Positions 1-12,651 of a stretch of 64,000 nt of DNA are shown one piece after another. The notes beneath the pieces were generated by a model. That model was not told where the DNA came from and did no database searches. It was given only the letters and a program-made list of their open reading frames with translations. Position 1 is the first letter of the stretch. Each line of letters starts with the position of its first letter. The position numbers were made by a program, and so were the translations under genes. The stretch spans positions 13,598 through 77,597 of the forward strand of contig NMRA01000316.1 of the NCBI GenBank assembly GCA_002633005.1, read 5' to 3'. Source of the DNA: Phoronis australis. Lineage: Eukaryota; Animalia; Phoronida.

Positions 1-409
1 TGTACAGGTGGCTCTTGGCGAGATGGTCGACGAGATTGGTATGGCGAAGCAGTTTTGCGGGTTGATTGTCGTCGTGGCATGCTGAAAAGGAAAAGTAAAG
101 GGAGCAGAAATGGAACACTGAAACAACAGGCCAGCACTGTAATGGTTGGAGCCAAGCGGTAAGAAGAACTTGGAGAGTTGAATTACGATGGATTACACTG
201 AACATTACGAATGAAGAAGTAAGTAAGAGATATCTGAATGGTCGAACCCATCGTAAGATGGGGACCCATGAATAACTTGGCAAAGTAAACGGAAATGAAA
301 GAGAAAGTAGACACCAAAGGTGCAGGACTTGGAAATGAACAATATAAGCATGTATAGTTTGATCTGGCACGCCCGCATAAAACGGGAGTAATGAATAAAA
401 CGAAAGGGA

Positions 410-740
410 ATTGTAAACTGAAGTAAGCACCCAAGGTGTTACAGATAGACTGGTCCGAATGGCCGGACCAAGCCGTATGAAGAGTAAACTGAAGTAGGCA
501 CCCAAGGTGCTACCAGATAGAGTAGTCTCAGGGAGGACCACTGATGAAGCGTAGACTGAAGTAGACACCCAAGGTGTTACCAGATAGACGGGTCCGAATG
601 GCCGGACCAAGCCGTATGAAGAGTAACTGAAGTAGGCACCCAAGGTGCTACCAGATAGAGTAGTCCGTGTAGGTGGACCACTGTATTGACGTAGTAAACT
701 GAAGTAAACACCCAGTAGGTTACCAGATAGTCGTACCTGA
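410..740. repeat. Tandem array of ~5 imperfect ~65-70 bp units alternating as a ~140 bp dimer
   Basis: Core actgaagta(g/a)(g/a)cacccaaggtg(t/c)taccagatag recurs at ~417, ~489, ~555, ~626 and ~698. Units 1 and 3 share ggtccgaatggccggaccaagccgtatgaagag. Confidence 0.9.
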
Positions 741-868
741 AAGTAGTAATGCAATATATGATTAATGAAAGAAGATGGGAAAAGGGACCGAGGAATGGGG
801 CAGTGAGATAATAACATGTATACGGAAAATATACCAGGAATTAACTGGGAGTATGCAATAAGGGACAA

Positions 869-1474
869 TTACGAAAGGAGACCCAAGCGGCGAAGGTGAT
901 GGCCGAAAGCGAAGCGGACGCTAAGAGCTTGTTTGCGGATGCCTGAAGGGTTGAGGTGAATGAGGTCGGGGCGGTAAAGGTGTAAAGGATCCTGCCAGAA
1001 CCCGCCCCTATGGGTCCAAAGGAAGACTGTGGGATGGTCGGCGAGGAGGCATTTGAGGTGAAAGTTAAGGGATTGGCAACGGGTATTAAAAGTGCCGTCA
1101 TCGTGGAAACGTAGGAACACCATGCCGATGATGACTGACTGCACAGAAGGGTAAGACTGGATGATAGACTCGGAAAACGAAATTAGGTCATGGGCCAGAG
1201 ACAAAGGGTGAGACTGGGGATGAGACAGGTCGTTTCCGGCGATCTGTAGGAACACTAAAGTGGCCGAGAATTCGGCGATGGCTGGGGTTAAATGGCGAAC
1301 AGAACGAGGGCCAGGGGCGAGGGTGGCCCCGGACAACCCTAAGGAGTTGATGGAGACAGAGGACGCGTGGAAACCCAGATTGGTCAGACCCTGGTCGGTC
1401 GCCGCAGGCGAATTGAGATAGGCGTCCAGCCAACGCACGTAAGAACTGCCCAAAATCAAACAACCAGGTGGCAT
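869..1474 (-). CDS. SGNH/GDSL-type hydrolase (esterase) ORF, 201 aa from ATG 1474, probably retrotransposon-borne (Ngaro/DIRS-type)
   Basis: Block I LILGSSYVRWL, block II GLSGAT, block III VFLQIAGNDL, block V DLIHL. Intronless and more GC-rich than its flanks. Such ORFs are known in Ngaro tyrosine-recombinase retrotransposons and in CR1/L2 ORF1. Confidence 0.8.
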   Translation of the reverse strand: MPPGCLILGSSYVRWLDAYLNSPAATDQGLTNLGFHASSVSINSLGLSGATLAPGPRSVRHLTPAIAEFSATLVFLQIAGNDLSHPQSHPLSLAHDLISFSESIIQSYPSVQSVIIGMVFLRFHDDGTFNTRCQSLNFHLKCLLADHPTVFLWTHRGGFWQDPLHLYRPDLIHLNPSGIRKQALSVRFAFGHHLRRLGLLS

Positions 1475-1724
1475 ATTTAGTCCAGAACAAGCAGGAAACA
1501 AGGTACAATACCTTAATGATGTGACGAGACGGAGAGTGCTGAAACTTCAAAAAGAAATTGAGTGAAAAATGAAAGTTGGAGAGAATTGTGGACGATGGCC
1601 CAGTGTTGCAACAAGACAAAGAGATCACGTGCTACAATTAAACCAATAATCGTAAAACAAAGAGGGTCACTGACCAGAGAATCCAAACAATATGATAATG
1701 AGGAGGAGGCAGTATAGCTTACAA

Positions 1725-2165
1725 TAAAAATATTTATTATATATATATATATTTAATATAAATATTTATTATATATATATTTAATATAAATATTATATAT
1801 ATATATATAATAAATATTTATATAACAAATATTTATATTAAATATATATATATATATATATATTTAATATAAATATTTATTATATATACATATCTATTTA
1901 ATAGAAATATTTATTATATATATATATATTTAATATAAATATTATATATATATATATATATTTAATACAAATATTTGTTATATAAATATTTATTATATAC
2001 ATATATTTAATATATATATATATTTAATATAAATATTTATTATATATATATATATATATATATATTTTCGCAGAACCATATATGTTTTTTTGCGAATGTT
2101 TCTGCGAATATATATATAATAAATATATATATATATATATATATATTAAATATATGTATATATTT
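1725..2165. repeat. Complex (AT)n / AT-only low-complexity microsatellite
   Basis: Almost pure A/T with repeated tatatatatttaatataaatattt units. Confidence 0.95.
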
Positions 2166-2262
2166 TTTTCTGCGAGTGATTCTGACCTAAAGATCTAGAA
2201 ACAGGTTTGATATTTAAAATAGACATTTCAGTATTTGAATAATGGCTTTCCAGAAATTGAGA

Positions 2263-2470
2263 GGTTTTGAGAACTGCATGGAGCACAGTATTAGAATGCA
2301 CATACTGGATAAAATATGCGTTTAGTGGATGGCAGAACAGAATGCATGATATATACACGCATTTCGCAAACAACTGTAGTGTAAAAATGACAAATCGACA
2401 ATGGTGTTGTCACCGCCTTGACAAACTCACCCGCCACCCGAAAAAATTTGTGCCATCTTTTTGTGCTGTA
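2263..2470 (-). pseudogene. Inverted ~205 bp copy of the end of PAN-FReD exon 1 and the start of intron 1
   Basis: Reverse complement aligns with ~4731-4938. ORF-track peptide MHDIYTHFANNCSVKMTNRQWCCHRLD occurs on + here and on - at 4646-4858. Confidence 0.9.
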
Positions 2471-3649
2471 CTTTTCTGAGGATAACCTTCTTCACAAACA
2501 TTGCCAATGAAACTTTGAGCTATGGAGCAAAAGGTATAAGTATAACGGCATTTTGTTCCATGAGTGAAGAATCATCCCGGCAAGTGTCATTGTAGCACTC
2601 TTTCCCAGGGATACACGGAGTAGCACTATTAGCGGGAAAGTGTAATTAATATGGAGATGTAACGGGTATCACTTGACATCTCGGTTGGTTGGACAATAAC
2701 ATTCAGATACTCCAACTAGTGACTGGCTCAACACGACAAATACACATGTGTGCGGTCTGTAAATAGTGAAATTCAGATACCAATTACCAAGCATGCCTGA
2801 AGGGCTGACAAAGTTTTTTGTATTAATTTCAAGGGCACGGAGTCTTCTACATAACCACGTTTTGTTTTCAGTTTTCTCGTGGGGGCAGCTTCGCTATATG
2901 GGTATAGCTTACTGCTGGATTTAAACAAGCATGAAAAGTACTTCTACGGAAACAGTTCCAGCGTTACCATTTAGTGTCGATGCCGTTTTTGCTTACATTG
3001 GTCACGAACCTATCATGTGATATCAAAATTATTCAGAAACGGTTCTGTTTGAAACAGAAACTGCAGTAGAACATGTAGTAAAAATGACTCATTCCGCATC
3101 AAGAAATTGCCTCAATTTGCCCCCCTCCCAGAAGACTTCCCTTGTAGCACCGAACTTTGTGGTGTCATACTTCACCCAATTTGTCTAATCCCAAATGTGA
3201 TTTATTAGGCTAAACATGGCCCTGAATGGCTGACCCCCCACCTTGCCGCTTGTTGGATGTACTGTGGTCGGTGGATCCGTGGACTGATTCCTAATAAAGC
3301 CACAAGAAATTCTATGAGTCTGTATATTTTTCTTCGTTGTGAATTATACAGTGGTTAATGGGTAACACTAAGTTACTCAAAATAAAAGGTAATTATGATT
3401 TCTAGTAGATCTAAAAGGTTTAAATAATCTAATGATGGTGAGCTAATAACACATATTCTAGGAGAAAAGAACACCTAAAGCCAGTAAATTGGGAATTACG
3501 CAACACATAAATGAAAGATGCTTTGAAATCTATTCACATTTAAGTTGATCAAATAACTTCTATGCAAAATAATTGACAATTATTTCTTCCTTCGTGCCCA
3601 AGTAATGCTATTTACGAAAGCTACAATACCATTGATGCGTGTTAAGGCG

Positions 3650-3972
3650 GAGAACCCTTATCGACAATGACGCCTGCACAATAGTCAATAGTGGGAACAT
3701 ACTTTGTCCATTTCGCTAGTTATACTTTTCTCGTGACATAAGCAATAATTTCATTTCATAGAGCTGAAAGGGCAGCGCAAAGTCGATTATTGCCGCATAT
3801 TATGACAATTGTTTTTTTCGATAAATTTAGAACACAGTAAAATTTCTTTTAGCGATTAATCATTTCACTTTCAATGTGGTGAGAAATGCGTTCTATCGTT
3901 TTTGGAAACTGTGGTGTCTGACCGGCCGCCATGATTAAACCCGAGTTTGTAATTCCCTGGCTGCTACAAGTG
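3650..3972 (+). pseudogene. Truncated extra copy of the PAN-FReD promoter/5' region and first ~14 codons (MIKPEFVIPWLLQV)
   Basis: Direct repeat of ~4110-4521. ATG at 3931 in gccgccATG context; homology stops after ggctgctacaagtgc. Confidence 0.85.
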
Positions 3973-4478
3973 CCAGAGAAGTACTAACTCGCGTGTAATT
4001 TAGAGCACAAAGAAACACAATACAATATACGTGGCATGAGTATAACCTACCTGGAAAAGTCGACAAAGTTCTCCGGAACGGTGATAACAAGGAATCGGAA
4101 GTTAAGCTAGAGAACCCCTACCGATAATAGCGGTATGTAGCGACCATAGACATCTTTGTGATGTCTATGGTAGCGACATTGTCAGCGGGGATTCCCATTG
4201 TACACGTGCACAATAGTCAACAGTGGGAACATTTTTTGTCCATTTGGCTGATTATACGTTTGTGCCTGCATAATAAGCAACATTTTCATTTTATAGGGCT
4301 GAAACCGCAAAAGTCCATTATTGCCGCATATTGTGGCAATAATGTTCTGATTAAAGTTAGCATTTAATGTTCATTAGAACAGATTAAATTTTCTTTTAGC
4401 GATTAACCATTTGACTATAAATATGGTGAGAAATGCGTTATACCATTTATTGGAAACTTAGGTGTCTGACCTGCCGCC

Positions 4479-4769
4479 ATGGTTAAAATCGAGTTAGTAG
4501 TTCTCTGGCTGCTACAAGTGCACTTTCAATCTAATTTTATTGCGAATCAAGAGATCACAAGAGGGAAATTTCTCACGAAGAAAACGTCAACATCCTCGTG
4601 CTCTGGACACGTAACCGTCCAAGTTTCTTCTCTCATCGAATGTTCTCATCTCTGCACCGTGGATCCTGCCTGTGTGACATTCTTGTATGACAGTAAAAAA
4701 ATTTGCTCAACTTGCAATACTGCGGAAAAAACAGCACAGAAAGATGGCCCAAATTTTTTCGGGTGGCGG
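4479..4769 (+). CDS. PAN-FReD gene exon 1: putative signal peptide + PAN/apple domain
   Basis: gccgccATGG Kozak context; hydrophobic N-terminus (LVVLWLL); PAN pattern SSLIECSHLCTVDPACVTFLYDSKKIC; phase-0 donor CGG|GTGAGT at 4769/4770. Confidence 0.85.
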
Positions 4770-6227
4770 GTGAGTTCGTCAAGGCGGTGACAACACCATT
4801 GTCGATTTGTCATTTTTACACTACAGTTGTTTGCAAAATGCGTGTATATATCATGCATTCTGTTCTGCCATCCACTAAACGCATATTTTATCCAGTATGT
4901 GCATTCTAATACTATGCTTCATGCATTTCTCAAAACCATGTTAGGAATTGCTTTTAATTGTTCCACTTTTGCGTGAGGGTTATCAAAATATGACATTTGT
5001 GATTCTTATGAAAAATGTTAAAGTTGCATTAAACGAAAACGAAGTGATAATTTACAGAATTATAAAGCGTTTTTGATATCTCAACCAGAAAATTTATATC
5101 AAATTAAATTTGATCATGTAATTGACACCAATGTTTGGCTATGAATGTGCCTTTCTTTTGCTGAACTTTATTAAAAATGTATAGTCACGTAACCCAGTAT
5201 GTATTACAGATTTTTAAAAAGTAAATAATCAACTTCTACAGGCTCCCTATTTTCAGAAAACGGTTCTTGTATAGTTTTCAAGATTTTTTGCTAAATGCAC
5301 AGATTGATCAATAATGTCCTAAATAAGTCCGAACGTGCATTTATTTCTTCGACTTTGAATGTTTCACCACTAAGAGAAGTTCGCGGTAACGTGTCGAGTA
5401 ATAAGACCTTTCGCGTAACGATAAGCCAGAGAAGAAGACTCAAGGTAACTTTGACGACCTACACACGTTCAATGGAAGTTGTCCCTTCAAGCTTCACCTC
5501 CAGATCTATGAAACCCGCGGCGTATACTTTGGTATTGTCGGTACCAAGAAGTGTCTTGGCAGCTTCATTTAACCGGCCAAATAACGTTCTGCACATACAC
5601 AATGGCATGTTGGAATTTTCAGCGCCTTTAACCAACAGCTACGTTGGTGTGTAGCCTTACTGAGGAGATTAAGTTACCAGCCTGGCTTATTTTACGAGTT
5701 CTCAAAAACGGCTTGGTGGATTTCGCTGAAACTTTCCGAAAGTAATATCTATTCATCAATCTTAAGAAATCTGATAGTGTTGATGCCGTGCATCATCATT
5801 GTCATTGCTTCTTGTGTTTCATTTACATATCACGTTGTTTATTTTCTTTATAGGCAGCAGTACATCTTTCGCTGCTGTGATTTGGTTTATTTGAGTAAGC
5901 CGGTTCATTCCAGTGGTTACAATAGCAATTGCATAAATGCCATAGTAGCTTGACCGGCCGACTATTATTACGTATTAGCCTCTGTATGTTACGCGGGTTT
6001 TTAGCGAGTAGTGTTTCTCGAGTTTAGCGGCATTCGTTAATTGACATTATCTATAACGCGAATCATGTGTTTTCCTCGGATACTGGAATTTTTAGATTAA
6101 GCACTGACTGCCGGCCAAACTGTTGTAATTTCTGAGTATTTTGGCACAGCATATTATGGTACTCGTGTGTATTTACTAGCTGACTTTAGAGCCTACATAG
6201 TTGTTGTTTAACGGATTGTTTCATTCA

Positions 6228-6866
6228 GGTGCTGGTTATTGTTTACAATCCGATTCCATTAACGTACATATTTGATACTACTACTTTCTGAATCCTCTAG
6301 CCATGGTGATTCCAAAAATGTATTAGTTGTACTGATTGGTCGATTATTTTTCACAATTTCTGAGTTTTTCCAAAGCGTTCATTTGTAACGCAGATTTTGT
6401 GAGGCAGACATTTTTAAAAGTGCGACACCTGTCGGCAGGATTGATAACTAACGGTTAACCGCGAGATGTCAAGTGTTTTCGATGACGACATTTGTCCGCG
6501 AGAACACACACTCTCGTGTTTTTTCTAACGAAGTTTTGAAGAGGGTTTCCTTTATAAATGACTATTACTGTTTTTTACTCAGAGTTTCCCTAACATGCCA
6601 CGCGGGGTCTTTTTGACACACGCATGATCGTTGTAGTTATCATTCCTGCCGACAGGTGTCGCAGTTATATAATGGCGGACCCTCGAGATCGGCTGCCGCA
6701 AATTAACACCTCGTAAAAACGGTGAATGCATGAATAAAAAGAGCCTAATCAGTACGAGTATTACATTTTTGGAATCACCATGATCACCTTGACGAGAGGA
6801 TTCCGAAAATATTAATATCAAGTATGAACATTAATGGAGTCGGATTGTAAACAGTAACTCAACTGC
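6228..6866. mobile_element. Intronic MITE-like element with ~220 bp imperfect inverted arms (second copy ~28790-29440)
   Basis: tgcgacacctgtcggcagga (~6421) / tcctgccgacaggtgtcgca (~6644); catggtgattccaaaaatgta / tacatttttggaatcaccatg; tgtttacaatccga / tcggattgtaaaca. Confidence 0.75.
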
Positions 6867-7862
6867 TTGTTTGGCGTATATGTTGCGCAGTACCCGGTTC
6901 ATGGGATAAATAGTACGGGTCGCAGGTAGCCGGTTGTTTGTGTATGGTAATGGTTCCCAGTTGTAGAATAGATGGTACGCGTTCCAGTTAATTGTGTATT
7001 GTTAGTGAGGTAGTATTTGATAGGCCTGTAATATAGAGTTATTGTCGCGGGTCTTTCTAACGCTCTGATATATAGTATTTGTTAAATAATTACGCTTACT
7101 TGCAGAAAACTCAGATAACCGCGTGTTCGGTTTCACATTTCCAACGCTTCTTCAGTATCACCTTGCAACGCTTGTTCGGACACGTTTTTCGTCGCCTGTA
7201 ACTCTATTGCTTGCCAATGATGCACCAAATAAAGTGTGTTATAGAAAGGGACTCTGTAGTTATGCTCTTAAATTCATCCCTGTAGCCATACGCGGCTATA
7301 GATAGGGTTTTGGATATAAAGGCCCAGTTTTTCCGTAATGTAACAAAGACGAATGCTAATGCTGGTGTTATACAAAAATACCTTACTTTTGGCGACTTGA
7401 TTTCTCATAGAATCCAAACAAAAAGACAAGTTTTGAACGGCGTTTTTGAGGTACATGTAACTGGCGAAGAGTTTATTTAAAACAGTTTAATGAAAATTGA
7501 CCGACGGGTTATTTTGCTATGCTATGAATATACCTTTCTTAAAAATGAAATTGCGACTTAAAAAGGTGTTAGCGTAATGAAAATAACAGTGAATATGTAT
7601 AAAACATATTTTTACATTCCCTATTCTTTTCGATCTTTGTCTTTAAAAAATACATTTTACTAGTTGACAAAGCCTAGTTTATATACCAGTTAGAATGGAT
7701 ACCACTAAATAAGGTTTGAGATAACCTTAACCTACACTGTACTGTGAGAACCAAATTCAAGATACACTTTAAGGTCCCTTTAGATTTCAAGTATATGGTC
7801 CACTCCTATGAAGCTTTGATTGCCTTGGTGTCGTATTCATCCTGACTTAATTGTTTTTGTAG

Positions 7863-7887
7863 GAATTTGAAGACTGCTCCGACCCAG
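7863..7887 (+). CDS. PAN-FReD gene exon 2 (25-nt micro-exon, EFEDCSDP)
   Basis: Acceptor ttgtttttgtag, donor cag|gtatgt; phase 0 in, phase 1 out. Supplies the DCSD motif that begins fibrinogen C-terminal domains. Identical in the duplicate at 30420-30444. Confidence 0.85.
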
Positions 7888-10804
7888 GTATGTGTGTCCA
7901 CATTAGTGAGTTAAAGGAGGAAGCAAGGAAATGTTGACTCTTACTTCCTTTAAACTTTCGAAGGGTTATTTTCGGGAGAAGGGCTTAAAATGTTAACCTT
8001 ACCAGAGTACAGAGGCGACACTGCTAAGGGTATTGTGCTGTGAAACACAGAAAAGCTGTCGATCTAGTTGGGCAAAAAAAATTAGCAAGAAACAAAAATT
8101 TGAAAGGAGAGGTCCACTCAAATAACAGTGATTAAAAATAATAATTTAACGAAAATGGTACACGTGTTTTTGTTTTCGCTTGGGAGAGTTAATGCCGCTT
8201 AATCCTGTTGTACGCACAGTAAAACTTATTTTAAGGAGTGTTGTGTTTAAAGAAACGAGGTATATTCCATTCTTTCCAACACCACACAAGTTCATGACCA
8301 TTACATTGGAGCGTTTCAGTGTTCGTAGTGGTATACTTTTTCAGAACATCCTGTCTAAACAGATACCCACTACATGTTCTCAAAACAGGATTGTCTGTGA
8401 GAAAATATGTTTTCGTGATGTCAGGGTGAATTTTAAGCAAAAAACTAAAATAAACTGACATCAGGACCGCTCTCTGTAGAGCAAGGTTATTTCTATTAAA
8501 GTAAGATCACGTTAGACCATGCATAATCACACGAGTGAAAAGCGAGTGGTTCGCGAGTAAGCTTGGGACCTCTCCTTACACATAGTGCAACGATTTGTAG
8601 ACGAGGCTGGAATGTAGGATTAGGGATTAAGCAGTAGAAATAAAACAATATTTCCATTCCATGAGCGAAGATTCGTTGCAACGAGTGTTATCACACTTTC
8701 TCCCAGGGAAACGAAGAGTACCATTATCAGTGTGAAAGTATATTTACCTGTAATATAAAGATGGGTACTACTTGAATAGGTAATCAATTTGGAATTCGGA
8801 CTGGTTCGAAAATAGATTTCAGATATTCAAATTGGTTGATTATGTCAGATACGTAAGTTAAGTGTTGTGCATGTACATGTATACTACACACAGGAGTTCA
8901 AGGTTTCGACTTTAACATGAACAGCGCGTGTGCAATCGGATGGCGGATAACTAGGTAAACAATCCGATATTTATATTACGGTTTACACCGACCGGACATC
9001 AAACTGCAGATTCCTGTTGAAATGGCGAGTGAATGGCTAAAGAGTAGTTGGTAATACAATTATTTCATCTGCACGTGGATACTGTGGAGTTGCTTGGACG
9101 TAAAATCTTTCACATTATTAGTTAGCTTTATCTCTCAAAAAATCAGCTTGGCTGAGCTGCCGACGGCAATTGGTGACGGTAACAGTTTTCCATTGTAATG
9201 GTACTAAATGTCAATTCATATAGTTGAACTATTTGCCTTAAAGTTGTATCCAGTGCTAGGTAATATTTGCAATAATAACCCTGGGGCGGTCTTCGTAAAA
9301 ACGTGGCGGACATTGCATATTACCGATTTTCACATACATCATTGACAATTAATCCGTTACAAAAGTGATCGTAAGAGGTTATCAGGAGAAAAAAGAGATT
9401 GTGACACTCTTGATTATGTCAGAAATATCATACTCGCAGCAAGTTGGCAAAATTCTCGATACATATGTATTTCGAATGATTTCCCTTTCATTTATGAAAT
9501 GTATGTGGATCGATTTGCTTATTTTACCTAATTAAATACTCCATGTGAAATTTGTGATCGTGTATTGGATCTTGCGGCTCGTGCAACAACAAGCTTGGTA
9601 TAAACTGAAGAATTTGATGAAAGTTCATGTTTTTAAAGACTCATGGTCGCAAGGCGTCAAAAATAAAATAAAATGAAACATCAAGACGATATCCATAACA
9701 AATCTAGGCATGCACACCGACACCCAAACACCGAGGTGCGGTTCGTTCTGGCGAGTAGAACGAAATGATACAAGATCACGCGAGCGAAAGGCGACTTTTT
9801 AGGGAGTATATTTAAAACTGTACTGGAGTATGTTAACAAAATGACTGTCGGAAGTGATTGGTCCGTGATGTTAGAATGTTGAATTATTGGATAGAATTCA
9901 TAGATTAAGGGATAGAATTCATCATTTTGTTTCCATAAACGAAGGTTTCTCGCTGCAAGTCCTCGACTAATATTTTGAGAATTCGTAACAAGCAACCGTG
10001 ATTTCTACGTGTCGGTCATTATCATTTCTAGTGGGCAATCATGACGATAATCAGCGACGTCAATGAACTTTTGTTTAGACCCAGACGGTTTTTCCAGAGT
10101 CCACTTTCTTTTGTAACAGAACAATCATAATGATGTTTTCCGATGTCTCCTGTTTACGGTAACGTACACTGCATGTAACATGATCACTAACTTTTACTTT
10201 CTGAAGAAACGAGTTTATTTCTGAACATTTATGGAAATTCCTATACCTATGTGTTGAACTATCCATAGTACATTTCAAAGCTACTTGAGAGATGTTTGTC
10301 CATTTTTATGTATCAGAAAACTTGTAAATTTTGGATAAATACTGGGAGTAGTTAATCGCATTTTCCGTGTCACCGCATTCTGATTTTTACTGAAGAATAT
10401 ATATGTATCAAACGGCGCCAAAGGTCCAATTGATTATAATATATATATAGATGATCGGATTGCGCATTCTAGGGCTAGAGTTCTATGCTTTATTTTAGGT
10501 AAAAGCTGCTGTTTAGCTCGTTACTAGCTTCTGCTTCTGACTTGGGTGTTCCCTGGACAAGTGTGGTGTGACACTGGACCTTTACTAAAATCAAAGAATC
10601 GCAGACATTTGGTTTCCTCTTGTGAATACTGTACTGCTATAATCCGACCTAAAGCAGGAGTCCTCTGGCACAACCAACTGAAAGAATTGTCAATAGAGAC
10701 GTAACGATAATTGGTATAAGCCTGGGTCAATCACATTCTCTACCGCCATGATGGTATGAACACTAGTATGAACTGATTGTGAACAATGCAAGTCGTAGAC
10801 TTAC

Positions 10805-10900
10805 GTAGTACTAGTAGTAGTACTAGTAGTAGTACTAGTAGTAGTAGTAGTACTAGTAGTAGTACTAGTGGTAGTACTAGTAGTAGTACTAGTAGTAGTA
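10805..10900. repeat. (AGT/ACT)n microsatellite
   Basis: agtactagtagt repeats; about 35 bp at the paralogous site 33368-33402. Confidence 0.95.
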
Positions 10901-12651
10901 CAGTGAAGCCTGGGCCGCGGATGAGAACCCAGCTGATACCAGCCGTTAGAGAAAAGAAGCAATTTCTTCCTTATTTATAAAATTGACAAACGCACTCAAG
11001 AAGTGGTGAGTCCTTGATTGTAACGTCGCTTTTGTGTTTGGTCAAAGCATGATTCTTCGAAGTGCGCCAAAGTACGAGTGGCTCCCACCCGCACCGCTTG
11101 TTCCACACTGACACGGACGTTTCACATTCTTCTAAGGTGCAGACAACGATGCCATTTCAGTTCTTCTTTCATGCGCATATGAATTATATTTGTACACTGC
11201 TACTACTCTCTCGCTTGCAATAGCTGAATGTCCGCTTTCTCCGAAAAGTCCGGCTTCGCTAATATTGAGCCAGAAAAAGCGATCCGACGCGCGATTCGTT
11301 ACACAATACCATTGTGATACACTTGTGCTGTGAAATCTTCCGGGTGGACACTGTTTGCTTCCTCAGAACTCGAACATTTCAGCCTTGCCAGTTTTACTAG
11401 TCTATATAAGTAAGGTCCTTTTCTTTCTCGCAAAACATTAGCCTTTTCTTTACTTGATTTTCTCCACTGTTGCGTGATCATGGTTTGCTGAGGACCAATA
11501 TGTACGTGGTGGGTTCCATTTCAAAATGGAACCCATCCCATATCTTACCAGACGATGATGGTAGACTTTGCACACGATTTTTTAAAATGAATTTAACTAG
11601 AGGATTGGTTCGGCTCCTGCTGCTGACCAGCGGCTTCTTTGATAGATTATGGATGATTTCGTCTGTTTCCTCAGCTAACTGCCTTTCAGTTGAACTAAAC
11701 ACAGTTGACATGTATTTTCCATATCAGTTTGATTCCGTGGCGCTGGCATTGTTTTTCTAACCGTGATATTAGATCTAAAAATTACCCTGTATTTGCCGTA
11801 GTCTGAGTGTCATTGATGCGTATTATACAGTGGCAAGGAAAGGACATCACGCGTTTCGTGGGGTTTCGAGGTCCGGACATAATTAGCTCAGGTTCTAGAG
11901 ATCCCAACTTAATTATCTCATGATCTCGATATCTCATTTAGTGCATGCCATCAGGTCCACAGCACGTTGAATGAGAATAAGGTGAGTCGGAAGTACAACT
12001 CAAACAATGGATTTAATCTTGGAAAGAAACAAAACAGTTCGAGATCTTGACACAAAAAGAAAGTTTTTATTACCTCCTCAGGTTCCTTTTTGGTACCATC
12101 ATTAGCGATAGACATCTTCGACGTCTGTTGTCGAGACTAGGACTCAGGTGACGGAAGATTTATTCAGACATTGACGATGTCGATCGCTTCATTGACCGAC
12201 AAATACTGACGCCAGGACAGCCACTCGTCTACAAATATGTTACTTATAACTTAGTGGTGGAATGAGAACTTGTGAATTATTATCCACCTGGTGTCGTAAG
12301 GGAAAGACGCCAGAGGATTCTTGAGGAGGCGTTACAGTGTCGCAAGTCCAAACTAAGTGTTGCTTTTGCATTGTTTTGAATACCTGAAATCATATGGGAT
12401 ATGAATCAACGGACGAATTAGGGGAATTTCTAGATAATCAAATCAAGAGCCATGCCCTTTCCCAGCCACAGCACTATTAGGCGTGATTGCAAAGCAATTT
12501 TATTCGGTCGTTAGGCCTAGTAATCGATCGCTGTACTTTAATGAAGTTGTTTTCAGCCAATGACGCGAGTCTTGTTCATCAACTTATCCATGGATAGTAG
12601 AAGATTCTGAACATTCTGTTAAAACATCAAATAATACATCTACTTTTGCAG

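Noticed and set aside
410-740. CRISPR-like repeat/spacer appearance, and CTGATGA (541) as a hammerhead ribozyme core
   Set aside because: The 'spacers' are themselves repeated, the context is eukaryotic with no cas genes, and no properly placed GAAA or stems complete a hammerhead.
4770-4790. PAN ORFs (4479-4790, 27061-27372) as complete single-exon 103-aa genes
   Set aside because: A strong GTGAGT donor before the stop and phase-matched downstream exons favour splicing.
7911-7953. ttaaaggaggaag...cttcctttaa hairpin next to the micro-exon as a splicing regulator or terminator
   Set aside because: Better explained as a tiny TTAA-flanked Kolobok-type remnant; there is no evidence of function.
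5295-11760. ORFs 'conserved' between the two copies (5295, 6579, 7123, 8180, 10075, 10786 etc.)
   Set aside because: They are intronic repeat or microsatellite sequence, similar only because of the recent duplication, with no recognisable domains.
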